Shown: positions 50,544-63,224, numbered from the whole stretch's first letter. The stretch is 63,625 bases of DNA, filler included, from Octopus bimaculoides (GCF_001194135.2; 7 parts of 6 records of this genome joined end to end with filler, not necessarily neighbours in it); one strand, 5' to 3'. Numbers and translations: made by a program. The notes: generated by a model from the sequence alone, not told the origin.

Positions 50544-51099
50544 ACGTGCGCACGCATTTGAGAAATATACTTGCATACTTTTCATATTAGTTATCAATAA
50601 TCAATCAGTTCAAACAAATATCAAATTATCAATTGAAACAAATATTTCTCTGCTTCCACATGTTTTAAAATTGAAATCAGACTAAATCAATCCGTTTATA
50701 TTATCTCATATTGAGGAATGAACTAATCTTACGCGGTTTTAATGCTGAATATTATTATTCTATTATTCTTGTTTTTTCTTTCATCTTTCAGTACCACGGT
50801 TTTTTTTTTTTTGTGAGAGTAAGTAAATGAATTGTATTTGTTCGGTACATCGTAACGTAAGTAATGACAGTCATCAGAATATAAATATGATTATACGATA
50901 TATATATATTTNNNNNNNNNNNNNNNNNNNNNNNNNNNNNNNNNNNNNNNNNNNNTTAATTAATTAANNNNNNNNNNNNNNNNNNNNNNNNNNNNNNNNN
51001 NNNNNNNNNNNTACCACGAACGTAGATTATGCAATTCTTAGAATGAATGTTTTTTTATTTTTTGTGTATGTATTCCATAACTGTTTATTTTTGAAATTT

Positions 51100-51100
<1 letters not shown>

Positions 51101-51162
<62 letters not shown>

Positions 51163-51163
51163 T

Positions 51164-51200
<37 letters not shown>

Positions 51201-51407
51201 CAGTGTGTGATATTGGTCCATATATACACGACTATATATATATGTGTATGGAGATAACTTTCTTTATTGGCCACACAGGGCTGAACACACAGGGGACAAA
51301 TACAAATGTAAAGCTTTTCGTTTCGAAAATGAAAAAGAAAAAGGGAGAAAAAAAGAAAAGAATATGTAAAATTCTGATCAAAGGGTAAGATAGATAGATA
51401 GATAGAC

Positions 51408-51463
<56 letters not shown>

Positions 51464-51466
51464 TAG

Positions 51467-51530
<64 letters not shown>
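51101..51530. repeat. (TAGA)n microsatellites (51101-51200, 51388-51530)
   Basis: Direct inspection. Confidence 0.95.
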
Positions 51531-54500
51531 AAATCTGAGGGGCAGGCAGAGAGACAGGTGGACAAACAGACAGGCAGACACACGGACGAACGGGCAGACA
51601 GACAGACAGACAGACAAACAGATAGAAAGATACCTATATACATACACACGCGCGTGCGCATGTATGTGTCTATCTGTGTGTATGTTATATATGTGTATAC
51701 ATATGTAAGCATGCAGCTATGTATATATCAATGATTAGACAAATGAACAGGATTTACGTTATCAGTTTCAATTTCTTAAACCTATTTTCACTGTAAGCCA
51801 GCGTGCACCCTGAGCTAAGTTCCGGTACAGCTTCCAAATGAACCTTGGAGACACAATTGGTGACATTGCACTTAGTTATTGCAATATTTAATCATATTTT
51901 TTCAAGGATTTTCGTGAATTAAATAGAGCTCTTCAAAATAAAAATAACATTTCTGTCTGCATTTCCTATCCAGATTTTTTGCTGATGTATGTTATGCAAA
52001 GATGAATTTCAAATAACCCTGTAGTATATAGCTGTCATTGTTTAATGTCATATACATGTGACATTGCTCAGTGAGATATGTAAGTGACATAACCATATAA
52101 AAGAGAGCAATGTCACATATCTAGTGAACATGAGTTACCTGACTTAGCGTGATCATCGCATTTTGAGTGTATTTAAACAAACATAGTTATGAAAGCTGCA
52201 GAGGAAAACAGAATTATTCATTGAATCTTCTATAGCGGAAAATGAGGAAAATTATTTTCATTTCAAACCAGGTAGAAACACCAAGCTGTGTATTAAGCCA
52301 ACTTCATTTTTTACTGTATTCAAACTCAAAGTTGGTGTTCTCCATTTTGTTAGCATGTGATGCTGAAATAATGACATTCAGTAAAGCATACAAAACCCAT
52401 TCACGCAGTGAGTGACGCGCTCTATGTTTGGAAAGTGCAGTTAAGACTCTACAACCAAGTTATTCACGGGGAATAAGGCAATACATGCATTATACAATGG
52501 AATTTACAATGCAATAACCAGGTTTCTGTTCAAAGAACTAACGTATTCTCTCATTTATTTTCCTGTTTTTCATCATATTTGGACATGTTTCATGTATAAC
52601 ATTTTCCTTTGACTTTCTTCTATTTGAACGTCACAAAGCTTAGCAATGATCCCTACAAACATTATCTTAGTTAAGGTTTTCATGCCGCTTAAGGTAGTTG
52701 TTTCTTTGTTTACAACTATTTGCTACTTTAAACCGAGGTTAATAGCTTTCAGAGGTTAACTCACCGTTGGTGTACAAATAAACGCAAAATGTTCAGATTC
52801 CATACCACTACTCATTAATGGTTTGTCGGAATGTTTTTATCCTTCATTCCAAATAGAAAGCCAATGTCTTCGTAAGTTTACTTCCTCATTAATATAATTT
52901 AAATTGAATTTAAATACAAGTTTTATTTCAGTGGTGAACGTAGCAAAATGAAGATGACTCTTATACATATCCGTAAAAATAAATTTCGAATTCATGCTTG
53001 GGGAGAGCATCAACGTTAAAAATGAAGATCACATCTAGATATGTTACTTAGTTAAATAAGGATGAAATCTATTTTGTCGTTTCTAAATAGGTCGAACTTT
53101 GATGGAATATTCTTCACAATATAACTATGGAGCACCTGATCAATTGTATGAATATATTACTTTACATTATGGATAAAAAGAAGACTGAAATTCTCGTTTG
53201 AAATGTCTGAAAATCACCGAAAATTTTATTCAATGGGAGACACAACCCAACTACATCTAAGGGAGCCCCGCCAAACAGTCGAGCCAGCGAACGTTTTCTG
53301 TTTTCAAGTACAGTTACTACATGCAACAAAGTTCTATATACCAACATACTTTTATACACATAGAACCAAAGAGAAATGTATGTGCATGTAATAATCATCG
53401 TTGGTTGAATACGAAACAGAGACTTCTTGAATGGCTGACTTGTTTCTTATTGACACGGCAAGTTGTGACTGCTTATATCATTAACGCTCTGAGCATATAA
53501 ATTTACAAATAAAGTTATTGATACCCGCCACCACCACCGCCACTGCAAATTCAAATCTTCGAGCTTACGTAGGAAATCAATATCTACTTTTCAAAATTGC
53601 CTTATTTTGTCTGAACAGTTTTAATGTTATATTGCAGAAAACATTAATACTTGGCTGACGTTGGATTGGAATATTAACTTTCAGAAAGAAAGCGTTTGTC
53701 GGCAGTTATGAATAAAAGAATACTTTGTCAAGATACAAACATTATGAGAAATGTGGATTGCAATTTGCAAAGAGGAGAAAAGATTGAGCAGATGTAATGA
53801 GAAGCAGAAAGAAATCTATAATGTTTTCTAATCTATTTTTAAATGTACTTTATTTCAAGTATTGAATCAAATAATTGTCGGGAAGACGATAACATTTATA
53901 AAATGAAATGAGCGGGGGATGTTTTTAAAGAAATAGTTTTGATTTATCATTCAGCATTTGAAAATTAGATTCAGAAGAGAATGGTGTTTGTGCATGATAG
54001 TTTTAGGATCCCCGAGATTAATTGGGTAAAGGATGGAGTTATCATCAGACTGAAAAGCTGTTTTAAAATGGCTGCCACGGTGAGAGCCCTATTTAAGTTA
54101 GTTAAGAGCTAGATGACAGCGTGAACTCGGGACCCTAGATTTTATTCACAATAATAATTACTGGTAAACTTATGTTAGTGACGAAATTATCTATCTGTCT
54201 GATAAATCTAATGAATAGGATCTCTTGAATACCGCCGAACACAGGCAGATTCCATTACTGACTACTATTGGGAGACTCAGTAAAAGTGACTGATGATCCT
54301 TTATCTGAGGTTGAACTATTTTCAACACCTAGAATAGAGAAAGTATAGAGTAAAGGGTCTCCTATTCCTTAAATCACAGTGTGTCGGGATCTTACATTAA
54401 GCTGTCAAGTATGCGCAGGTATTACATTAGATGAGTCAACCCATCTATTCAGAGCAATTGTAATATTTCTAATCATCCTTCACAGACGATTTGTGCGTTT

Positions 54501-56629
54501 GCCTTTGTTTGTTTATTGCACGGATTAATTATATCCAGATGACTTTTTGATACTTTCATATTTAAACTTTTACCTTTCAGACTACCCTGTCAAATGAAAA
54601 GCTCAATTATTCGCACATTTAATCATGCACTATCTTGTATCTTTGAGATTTCCATGACTTGATTGTTTATTTTTAGGATGATATAGTTGTTTCGGTGTGA
54701 GAAGCTAGATCTGCTCACTTTCGACATGAAACAAGTGTTATTTGGGTTCGATATGGTCAGTTTAAATACTGGTGTTCAAAATGTTTAAATATCCCCATGT
54801 GAATCACCCCAGTCTCTCTTCAAATGAGGGGAAACAATTCCTTTTCTTACATCAGTCAATTGTAACTATATCATATATATATATATATATATANNNNNNN
54901 NNNNNNNNNNNNNNNNNNNNNNNNNNNNNNNNNNNNNNNNNNNNNNNNNNNNNNNNNNNNNNNNNNNNNNNNNNNNNNNNNNNNNNNNNNNNNNNNNNNN
55001 NNNNNNNNNNNNNNNNNNNNNNNNNNNNNNNNNNNNNNNNNNNNNNNNNNNNNNNNNNNNNNNNNNNNNNNNNNNNNNNNNNNNNNNNNNNNNNNNNNNN
55101 NNNNNNNNNNNNNNNNNNNNNNNNNNNNNNNNNNNNNNNNNNNNNNNNNNNNNNNNNNNNNNNNNNNNNNNNNNNNNNNNNNNNNNNNNNNNNNNNNNNN
55201 NNNNNNNNNNNNNNNNNNNNNNNNNNNNNNNNNNNNNNNNNNNNNNNNNNNNNNNNNNNNNNNNNNNNNNNNNNNNNNNNNNNNNNNNNNNNNNNNNNNN
55301 NNNNNNNNNNNNNNNNNNNNNNNNNNNNNNNNNNNNNNNNNNNNNNNNNNNNNNNNNNNNNNNNNNNNNNNNNNNNNNNNNNNNNNNNNNNNNNNNNNNN
55401 NNNNNNNNNNNNNNNNNNNNNNNNNNNNNNNNNNNNNNNNNNNNNNNNNNNNNNNNNNNNNNNNNNNNNNNNNNNNNNNNNNNNNNNNNNNNNNNNNNNN
55501 NNNNNNNNNNNNNNNNNNNNNNNNNNNNNNNNNNNNNNNNNNNNNNNNNNNNNNNNNNNNNNNNNNNNNNNNNNNNNNNNNNNNNNNNNNNNNNNNNNNN
55601 NNNNNNNNNNNNNNNNNNNNNNNNNNNNNNNNNNNNNNNNNNNNNNNNNNNNNNNNNNNNNNNNNNNNNNNNNNNNNNNNNTGTGTGTGTGTGTGTGTAT
55701 GTGTGTATGTATGCCTCTTCTATTTTTTAATTATTATAAATCATTTAGTGAGGATGGAACCAGTCTCTAACAAAGATACAAGGCTCCATCTTTGGGATGT
55801 ATGTATGTGAATGCATAAGTAAGCATTATACCACAAATGGTCTTGAAGAAAGCGCGCTAACATGAAAATCCTGACTCTATCACATGGCCTCATCTGACAT
55901 CGTCACAGAACACTAAAATTAACATAAATTTCATTCAATTAAGATTTTGTTTTTTAACTTTTGAGGATAATAATTTCAATAAAACAAAGTTAAATTGATT
56001 TATTTAGTAAACATTATTCATCTTGTTTGACATTCACAAACTGAAGTTAATCATAATATGTTGTTTTATTATTTCAATCATATGAGTGGTCTTTTAAATT
56101 CTCCATCATCAAACGATTATAATTCGCTTAATTACAAATTCAAGTTGCTGCCAAAGAAATGTTGAATAAAGCTTTTAATAGAAGGAAATAAAACATTTTT
56201 AAGATAAGAAAACGTTTTGTGATATGATATTTCTATTTGCAAGAGATGGCTTATCTGGTTCAATTCGCTTAGATTCGCTTCCTTTATTGAACCAAAACCA
56301 ACATTATGGTATTTGAAATAAATTACGCAGCCGGGAAAGAAACGATACAAAGATTGTAGTAAAACGAGTGGAAATCATTTAAGATAGAACTAATTACAAC
56401 ATTGCATAATATACAACTCCGTATTACGACATTGCCGCAGTCTCAATTGGTTAATACAAAAACGTATCTAAATCAGCTATCATATGCAAATACATACACA
56501 GAATGGTACAGAGTAGCACATACCTAGAGAAACCAACACACCACACACACACGCGCGCGTGCGAAAAACAACCCTCATATATACATACATATATGTGTGT
56601 GTGTGCGTGCGGAGTGGGATTACGAGGCC

Positions 56630-56930
56630 ACCAAGCACCGATCAACAGAAGCGGTCATAGAAACGATAGAAACAAAGTGAGGAGCTGCACGCCTCTGCAC
56701 CACAGATTAAAGTGTGTCCATGTGTGATTGTATACTACTCAATAGAGTGGTCATCGTTTGGTTGCGGTCCAGAATATATCTGTCCATAGCATCAGTACTG
56801 TCCAAAATTCCGAGAAGTGTAGCTAACTGTTGGCGCCAATTCTGTTTTCTGAGGTCAGCAGCTACTGAGGTTTAAATAATTCCTATCCGTGAAGAGGGGG
56901 TCAACGTTTGGTATACCGTCCTAGATATTC
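56630..56930 (-). pseudogene. Highly decayed RTE/L2-type reverse transcriptase C-terminal fragment
   Basis: Fragments EYLG, ENRIG and HTLICGAEA appear in the expected order (YLG..RI.KA..LLYGAEAW). Confidence 0.35.
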
Positions 56931-57002
56931 GCGAGATTAGCTTTCTCCAGGAAAGTTGCTTGTAGATTGTGAGGCCCTGTATCTACATCCCCTGTGTAGG
57001 AA

Positions 57003-57222
57003 AGTCACGTGGCTTAGTGTTTAAGGTATTCGGCTCACGATCGTAAGATCATATGTTCGATTTCTAGCGGCGCGTTGTGTCCTGGAGCAAGGCATCTTAT
57101 TTCCCGTTCCTTCTATCCACTGAGCTGACAAAAATGAGTTGTACCTATAATTCAAAGGGCCAGCCTTGTCGCATTCTCTGTCACTCTGAATCTCCCTGAG
57201 GATTGCGTTAAGGGTACACTTG
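57003..57222 (+). mobile_element. SINE with family D-type head and family B-type body
   Basis: The head GGCTCACGATCGT and the following segment to CCACTGAGCTG are as in family D; TAATTCAAAGGGCCAGCCTTGTC..CGTTAAGGGTACAC is as in family B. Confidence 0.75.
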
Positions 57223-57361
57223 TATTTTAGAAGTGTCGAATGTGTATCGAACGATACAGACAAGAAAGTGATATTTCGAACGCAGTATCGGCGTTAAAAC
57301 AGCAAAAATTTACGTATTATTACCCTTTCGAGACAGAAAAAAAAACAATTATCCACAAGCA

Positions 57362-57428
57362 GAAATGGGACCCGAACCCACATGCCCCAAGACTCCAGCT
57401 GAGTGCTTTACCATTAAGCTAAGCGGCC
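57362..57428 (-). pseudogene. tRNA-like sequence (pseudo-tRNA or orphan SINE head)
   Basis: GGCCGCTTAGCTTAATGGTAAAGCACTCAGCTGGAGTCTTGGGGCATGTGGGTTCGGGTCCCAT has a D stem GCTT/AAGC, T stem GTGGG/CCCAT and an imperfect anticodon stem; the acceptor 3' strand is absent. Confidence 0.5.
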
Positions 57429-57549
57429 CATTGTCAAAAACCACCACCGATTTTCAGTACTGAAGACATAGCTTAGTGAAACAACAACTTGTGTATGCAA
57501 ATACACTTACATTTGTTCATTCAAAGCGTTGAATGTGTATGTATGGGTA

Positions 57550-57665
57550 TATGCTTTTATTCTTTCACTTTTTTCAGTCACTTGACTGTGGCCATGCTAG
57601 AGCACAGCCTTCAGTCGAACAAATCGACCCCAGGACTTATTCTTTATAAGCCTAGTACACTCTAC
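57550..57665 (-). mobile_element. SINE family A, 3' part
   Basis: CTGTGGCCATGCTAGAGCAC..GTCGAACAAATCGACCCCAGGACTTATTC. Confidence 0.85.
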
Positions 57666-57957
57666 CTCAACTAATCTTATACATATATATATATATATAT
57701 ATATANNNNNNNNNNNNNNNNNNNNNNNNNNNNNNNNNNNNNNNNNNNNNNNNNNNNNNNNNNNNNNNNNNNNNNNNNNNNNNNNNNNNNNNNNNNNNNN
57801 NNNNNNNNNNNNNNNNNNNNNNNNNNNNNNNNNNNNNNNNNNNNNNNNNNNNNNNNNNNNNNNNNNNNNNNNNNNNNNNNNNNNNNNNNNNNNNNNNNNN
57901 NNNNNNNNNNNNNNNNNNNNNNNNNNNNNNNNNNNNNNNNNNNNNNNNNNNNNNNNN

Positions 57958-57991
<34 letters not shown>

Positions 57992-58009
57992 TTCCCTTAA
58001 TCTACAAAC

Positions 58010-58115
58010 AGGCTTAAAACGATAAATACTGTGGTCGATTCGTTCGACTAAATCTCTTCAAGGCGATGCGGCAGCATGGCCGCAGTCTACTGGCTGAAAC
58101 AAGCAAAACGTAAAA
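58010..58115 (+). mobile_element. SINE family A, 3' part
   Basis: GGTCGATTCGTTCGACTAAA..CAGCATGGCCGCAGTC..CTGAAACAAG. Confidence 0.8.
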
Positions 58116-58232
58116 TATAGTACATATGTGTGTATGCTCGTGTGTGTGTATGTGCGTGTATGAATGGATGGATGCATGGATATGTGTTATGTATATATAT
58201 ATGTGTGTGTGTGTGTGTGCGTGTGTGTGTGT

Positions 58233-58279
<47 letters not shown>

Positions 58280-58773
58280 TATGTGTGTGTGACTGTGTAC
58301 GTTTCTTTGCAAATGTCTGCATCAGTGTTTGTGTGTCCGTTTGTGGATAGGCATGAAATGGTTGTATAGTATAAAAATGTGAAATTATTAAATATGTGAT
58401 AATACTAAATGGAAAATATGTGAAAGTTCATAATTCATAATTGCAAAGTATTGAAAACTATGTCATAAATACAAAGCTGAGTAATTTTAGTAGCGTAGGC
58501 AAATACGATGCAAATTTAAACAAGATACAATCAGGTTCTTAGTCACGTAAAACATATTTTCCTACTTGAAAATATTACTGTATTAAATTGACGTGACCGA
58601 AAGACGATGAGGTGAGAATAAGAGAATATAAATTTTAATCATAGTCAGAATTTTGATGATAAAAGTTTTGTAGTATTAAGTTCTACATAATACATACAAT
58701 TTATCAGCATATATATGTGAGTATATATGTATATGTATGTATGTATGTATGTATGTGTGTATGTATGTATGTA

Positions 58774-58814
<41 letters not shown>

Positions 58815-58923
58815 ATGTGTATANNNNNNNNNNNNNNNNNNNNNNNNNNNNNNNNNNNNNNNNNNNNTTAATTAATTAANNNNNNNNNNNNNNNNNNNNN
58901 NNNNNNNNNNNNNNNNNNNNNNN

Positions 58924-58971
<48 letters not shown>

Positions 58972-59779
58972 CGTGTGTGTGTGTGTATGTATATATGTAA
59001 CTGTACTTATATTTATATACATATATGTGTGTGTGAGACTGTCTGTGACTCTTTGTGTGTGTGTCTCCACACATAATTCTAAAACGAAAAAAAAAAAATG
59101 CAGCCCCTCCAAAACAATGTCACAGATAAACAAATGAATATAAAACATACAAAGATGGAGACAAATACTCATTAGTTCTAATTGTTTTATTGATGTTATA
59201 TAAAATCTTTTATATCGTTTAGTAAAGGCGAGCCTGAAATATGAAAAAAAAACAAAAAAAAAAACAAGAACAAATATTTAAAAAATTAATAGTTTATAGT
59301 AGATACAATAAATAAATAAATAAATAAATAAATAATATCTGTTGGTTATCGACGAAAATATATTAAATTTAATTGATACTGCAGCGACATCAGTTTAAAA
59401 AAGTGAATTGAAAAATAAATATTGTTTCTTTCGCTGTTGTTTGAGATTGTTACGAAAATGGATTGATTGATTTACTAATATATTGAGTGAAGTTGAAGTG
59501 GTGGTGGTATTGGTCGTAGGTGGCGGGGGGTAATCTGTTAAATCGATCATTAATTTGATTGTTGCTTGTTTTATTGACCCACCAGAGGTATGAAAGAGAG
59601 GATAGCCCTCTCCGGCGTTTGAACTCTGAACGTGAGGTGAAGTAGTTTGTCCAATTGGTGTATGAATAATAATGGTTTCAAATTTTAGCACGGTGCCAGC
59701 CGCTTTTAAGGAAAGGGAATCGATTTGCTGATCAGGGGAGATATTTATTAATTTCAAAGAAGTACAAAAATTTAACTCT

Positions 59780-60345
59780 CCTTTGAAGTAGGCCCCTCTG
59801 ACTTCAGTGCACTTGTTGTAGTGCTCCAGCGACTTCGTGAAGGCTCCGTGGGAGTCTTCAAAAAGTGAAGGTCTCCAGGACCCTTGTCACAGCTTCCTTC
59901 AGATTAAAGACGACTGTCCTCAGGCTCTTTCCTTCAGCTTGGGGAAACCCCAAAATCACAAGGAGCAACGTCTGAACTGTTGAGAGGGTAAGGGTCTGTT
60001 TTATGCCCATATCTGTCTTTCTTTCTCTTCGTGACTGAGCAGCCTGGAAACAAGCTAGGCACAAATTTGGCGCATGTTCAGGTCTTCATGAATAATTCTG
60101 TGTACACTCGCCTCACCAACTCCAAACTGTATACTTATTGTCTTTATAGACACACGACGGTCTTCATCCAGTAAATTGTGTATTTTCTCAACCAGTCCTG
60201 ATGTTCCGATGTCCCTCTCTCTCCCACACCACTCCACATCTCTCACCACCACACTACCGTCCTTGAGTATCTTGTGCCAGCGAAAAAGTTAACCCAAACT
60301 GTATGGAGCATTTCATTAGTTTCTGTAGCGTTTTTTTCCAGGTTT
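59780..60345 (-). pseudogene. Internally deleted mariner transposase relic
   Basis: The N-terminal part KNATET.EML..FFRWHK..LVEKIHNLLDEDRRVSIKTIS..VHRIIHEDLNMRQICA joins directly to the decayed YSPDLAPCDFWLFPKLKE region and the KC.EV.G.YF end. The catalytic middle is missing. Confidence 0.8.
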
Positions 60346-60351
60346 AACACT

Positions 60352-60763
60352 AAACAAGAGCACTCAGAGAGCGCAAACCTCCACCTAGCTCATTTTAAGA
60401 TAGATACGCGACTAAAATTACTAATAAAGAAACGAAAATAAACTTTCGAAACAGAAAGTTACCATAGGTTACGCGGAAACAATGAACGTGTTTCAAGGGA
60501 GATAATCAAAGAACGTAACGTTGTAGTACTTCATGTAAAGTAAATATAACAAATGAAAAATGCTTCAAGAATCCATAAAAATTCCCGGATCACTACCAAA
60601 ATTTCATCATCTGTTCCTTGTGTCATTACCAACTTCTCTTGCAAGTTTAATCAAATGCCGTTCACAACTTTTTGAGTTATTTTGCAGAGAGACGGACAGA
60701 CAGAGGGACAGACGGACAAACCAAAGCCGATGAAAACACAACCTCCTTCCTTGGCGGAGGTAA
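60352..60763 (+). mobile_element. Helentron-associated non-autonomous element (HINE, DINE-1-like)
   Basis: Subterminal inverted repeat ACCTCC(a)CC.AG near the 5' end versus CCTTGGCGGAGGT; 3' hairpin ACCTCC-ttccttggc-GGAGGT; internal (GACA/GGAC)n tract. Confidence 0.65.
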
Positions 60764-60910
60764 TAATCTAGAATCCACCGCTATATATATAAATCACTTG
60801 GTATGACGAGAGTGACATCTTGCCCCTGAAACAATGCTACGTTCTTATTGATTTTCTGACTTTTCTTATTATTAATTTATATATATATATAAGTACAGCG
60901 AAGGCTATGC

Positions 60911-60953
60911 TTATTTGATGAGACCAGAATAACCCCGAAACATGTTCGGAGTT
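60911..60953 (+). ncRNA. Degenerate minimal hammerhead motif
   Basis: tTGATGA-gaccagaataacccc-GAAAC-AT-GT; C3 is changed to T and stem II is decayed. Confidence 0.35.
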
Positions 60954-61014
60954 AATTTTTTATATAGAGCTAGTGACAGCGCTAGTTCATAATGATCTCT
61001 ATTCACTGAAGAGG

Positions 61015-61063
61015 ACTGAAACACAGCAGTGTTTCGACCTGGCTGTGTCTCCTCAGTTCAAGC
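61015..61063 (-). ncRNA. Hammerhead ribozyme motif with intact core
   Basis: Minus strand: CTGAGGA, stem II GAC-acagccag-GTC, GAAA, stem III ACAC-tgct-GTGT, GUU triplet; stem I short with a bulge. Confidence 0.55.
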
Positions 61064-61239
61064 ATATCCCCGGATCAATGATTCTAAACAAGAATAAGAA
61101 CGACAGTGAATGTGTGTATGTGTGTGCATATGTGTGTTGTGTTTGTGTGCATATGTGTATGTGTCTGTGTGTATGTATGTGTATGTGTGAACAGACTTAT
61201 ATACGCACCCACATTCATACATACATGATGTGTTATAGG

Positions 61240-61428
61240 TGACCGAGAAAGTCCGTCACTAACAATTAAGCCCATTGTGCCTTCAAACAACAATGCCCAT
61301 ACAACAATATTTACATTACTTACATGCGACGGATATTTGTCATTATCTTGTTTGTTGTTAACACAACGTTTAGGCTGATATATCTTCCAGTCTTCTTCAG
61401 GTGTCTTGGGCAAATTTCGAACCTGGGT
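61240..61428 (-). mobile_element. Penelope-like terminal repeat with a damaged hammerhead (61362-61405)
   Basis: Minus strand: GACAC CTGAAGA A GACTG-gaagatatat-CAGCC tAAAC GTT GTGTT. Stem I GACAC/GTGTT is intact and G12 is mutated. Confidence 0.55.
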
Positions 61429-61530
61429 CGACCTTGGCGGAATTTGAACTCAGAACGCAAACGCAAAGACAGACGAAACACTGCTTAGCATTTCGCCCGG
61501 CTTGCTAACGTTTCAGCCAGCTCACCACCA
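61428..61530 (-). mobile_element. SINE family C head
   Basis: GTCGACCTTGGCGGAATTTGAACTCAGAACG..GCTTAGCATTTCGCCCGG. Confidence 0.85.
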
Positions 61531-61790
61531 TATGTGTGCATATATATANNNNNNNNNNNNNNNNNNNNNNNNNNNNNNNNNNNNNNNNNNNNTTAATTAA
61601 TTAANNNNNNNNNNNNNNNNNNNNNNNNNNNNNNNNNNNNNNNNNNNNGTAGATAGGTAGATAGATAGATATAGATATGTAATAGCTCATACGTATATAG
61701 ACATTCATATTAATTCATATTACACACACACATTTATCTATGTATGAATGTATGTATGTACGTATGTATGTATGTATGTATGTATGTATG

Positions 61791-61841
<51 letters not shown>

Positions 61842-62081
61842 ATATATATATATATATAAATATAAAATCACACGCCCACATATATGTATATACGCATGTG
61901 TATATATATGTATGTGTGTATGTATGTATGTGAATAGGTGAATAAACGAAAGAAAGTACCAGTCGACATTTCCTTTCGGAATTGTAAGTATTTAACAATA
62001 GTTCCACATTACTTAAAGTTTCGTGGGCGTTGAAAGCTTCCACACACACACACACACATGTATATGCGTGTATATGTGTGT

Positions 62082-62129
<48 letters not shown>

Positions 62130-63224
62130 ATGTATATATGTAATTATGTTTTGTGTTTACGTATGTGCATCCATTTATATTACAAAGCGATAAAAGAAAA
62201 CTGAAAACTACATATTTGCTGATTTTTGATTGCTTATTCTCCTCATCTGAAATATTAATATAAAATCGTTTCTCTGCTCGAAACACAAACTCAAATTTGT
62301 TTAAGTGGCTTCTTTTGCCATCACTAGTTTCATCAGACGCTTGAAACTGTTTCGTCTCCACCTTTGCTAGCTTCTACATTTAATGTTCTGTTGACTTACA
62401 AAAGACAGTGAAATGTTCGAATAATTAGATGACGGATATAATGCCTTTCGGTATTTTATCTGTCTGTCTCTGCTCTGAGTTAACTCTCGCACAGGAAAAT
62501 TTTGCATGTCTTTATTTCGAAATTAATGACAGATTACTAATCTTTAGCTTCGGATTGGTGGAAATGTTAAACGTCAGAAGCTATGCTTTTCGGGAACAGG
62601 AACTCATTTTCTCTCTCGAAGCGTACACACCATTTGGTCTGAATTCACTGTCTCAGTTTTATAAACTTGCACCTTACCCCACCTGCTCCAGAATTCAAAC
62701 ATATTTCCCTTACTTTTTCCCACATTTTCTCCGTAGCATCATGTGTAACCTCTCTTACAGTCTCATCTTATACCCGCATATTTCTTCCCACACTTATAGA
62801 CACACCCTCAACACATATATACAGTTTTCACATATATACACCAGCCTCCCTTCCACATCCCGCCGGTACACACACATCTTTAACTTACAAAGGTACACAG
62901 ACAATCACACATCCCAACTCATCTCTTTGACACACACACAAACATACCGGAATGCAGACACGCATATTTACACACACCAAACCGTTGGCGCATTCACACT
63001 CACACACACATAGACGCACGCACGCACACACATATACGTGTCTACACACACGTATACAAGCAAACAACTATAAGTGTATATATTTATACACATACAACAC
63101 ACACACACACAAACATAAAGTTTTATTTTAGTTGAAAGGATTTCACAAATTCTTACTAAGAGTTCTTCATACTCCACCAGTGGACAGTCGTGAATGTTTA
63201 CAAACTATGGTTTATAAGTATTTA

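Noticed and set aside
57455-57500. CTGAAGA...GAAAC hammerhead-like spacing
   Set aside because: Stem II does not pair convincingly and stems I and III are only 3 bp; compatible with chance.
62295-62340. Minus-strand CTGATGA with a downstream hairpin
   Set aside because: There is a 4-nt unpaired linker, a bulged stem and TAAAC instead of GAAAC; not a credible hammerhead.
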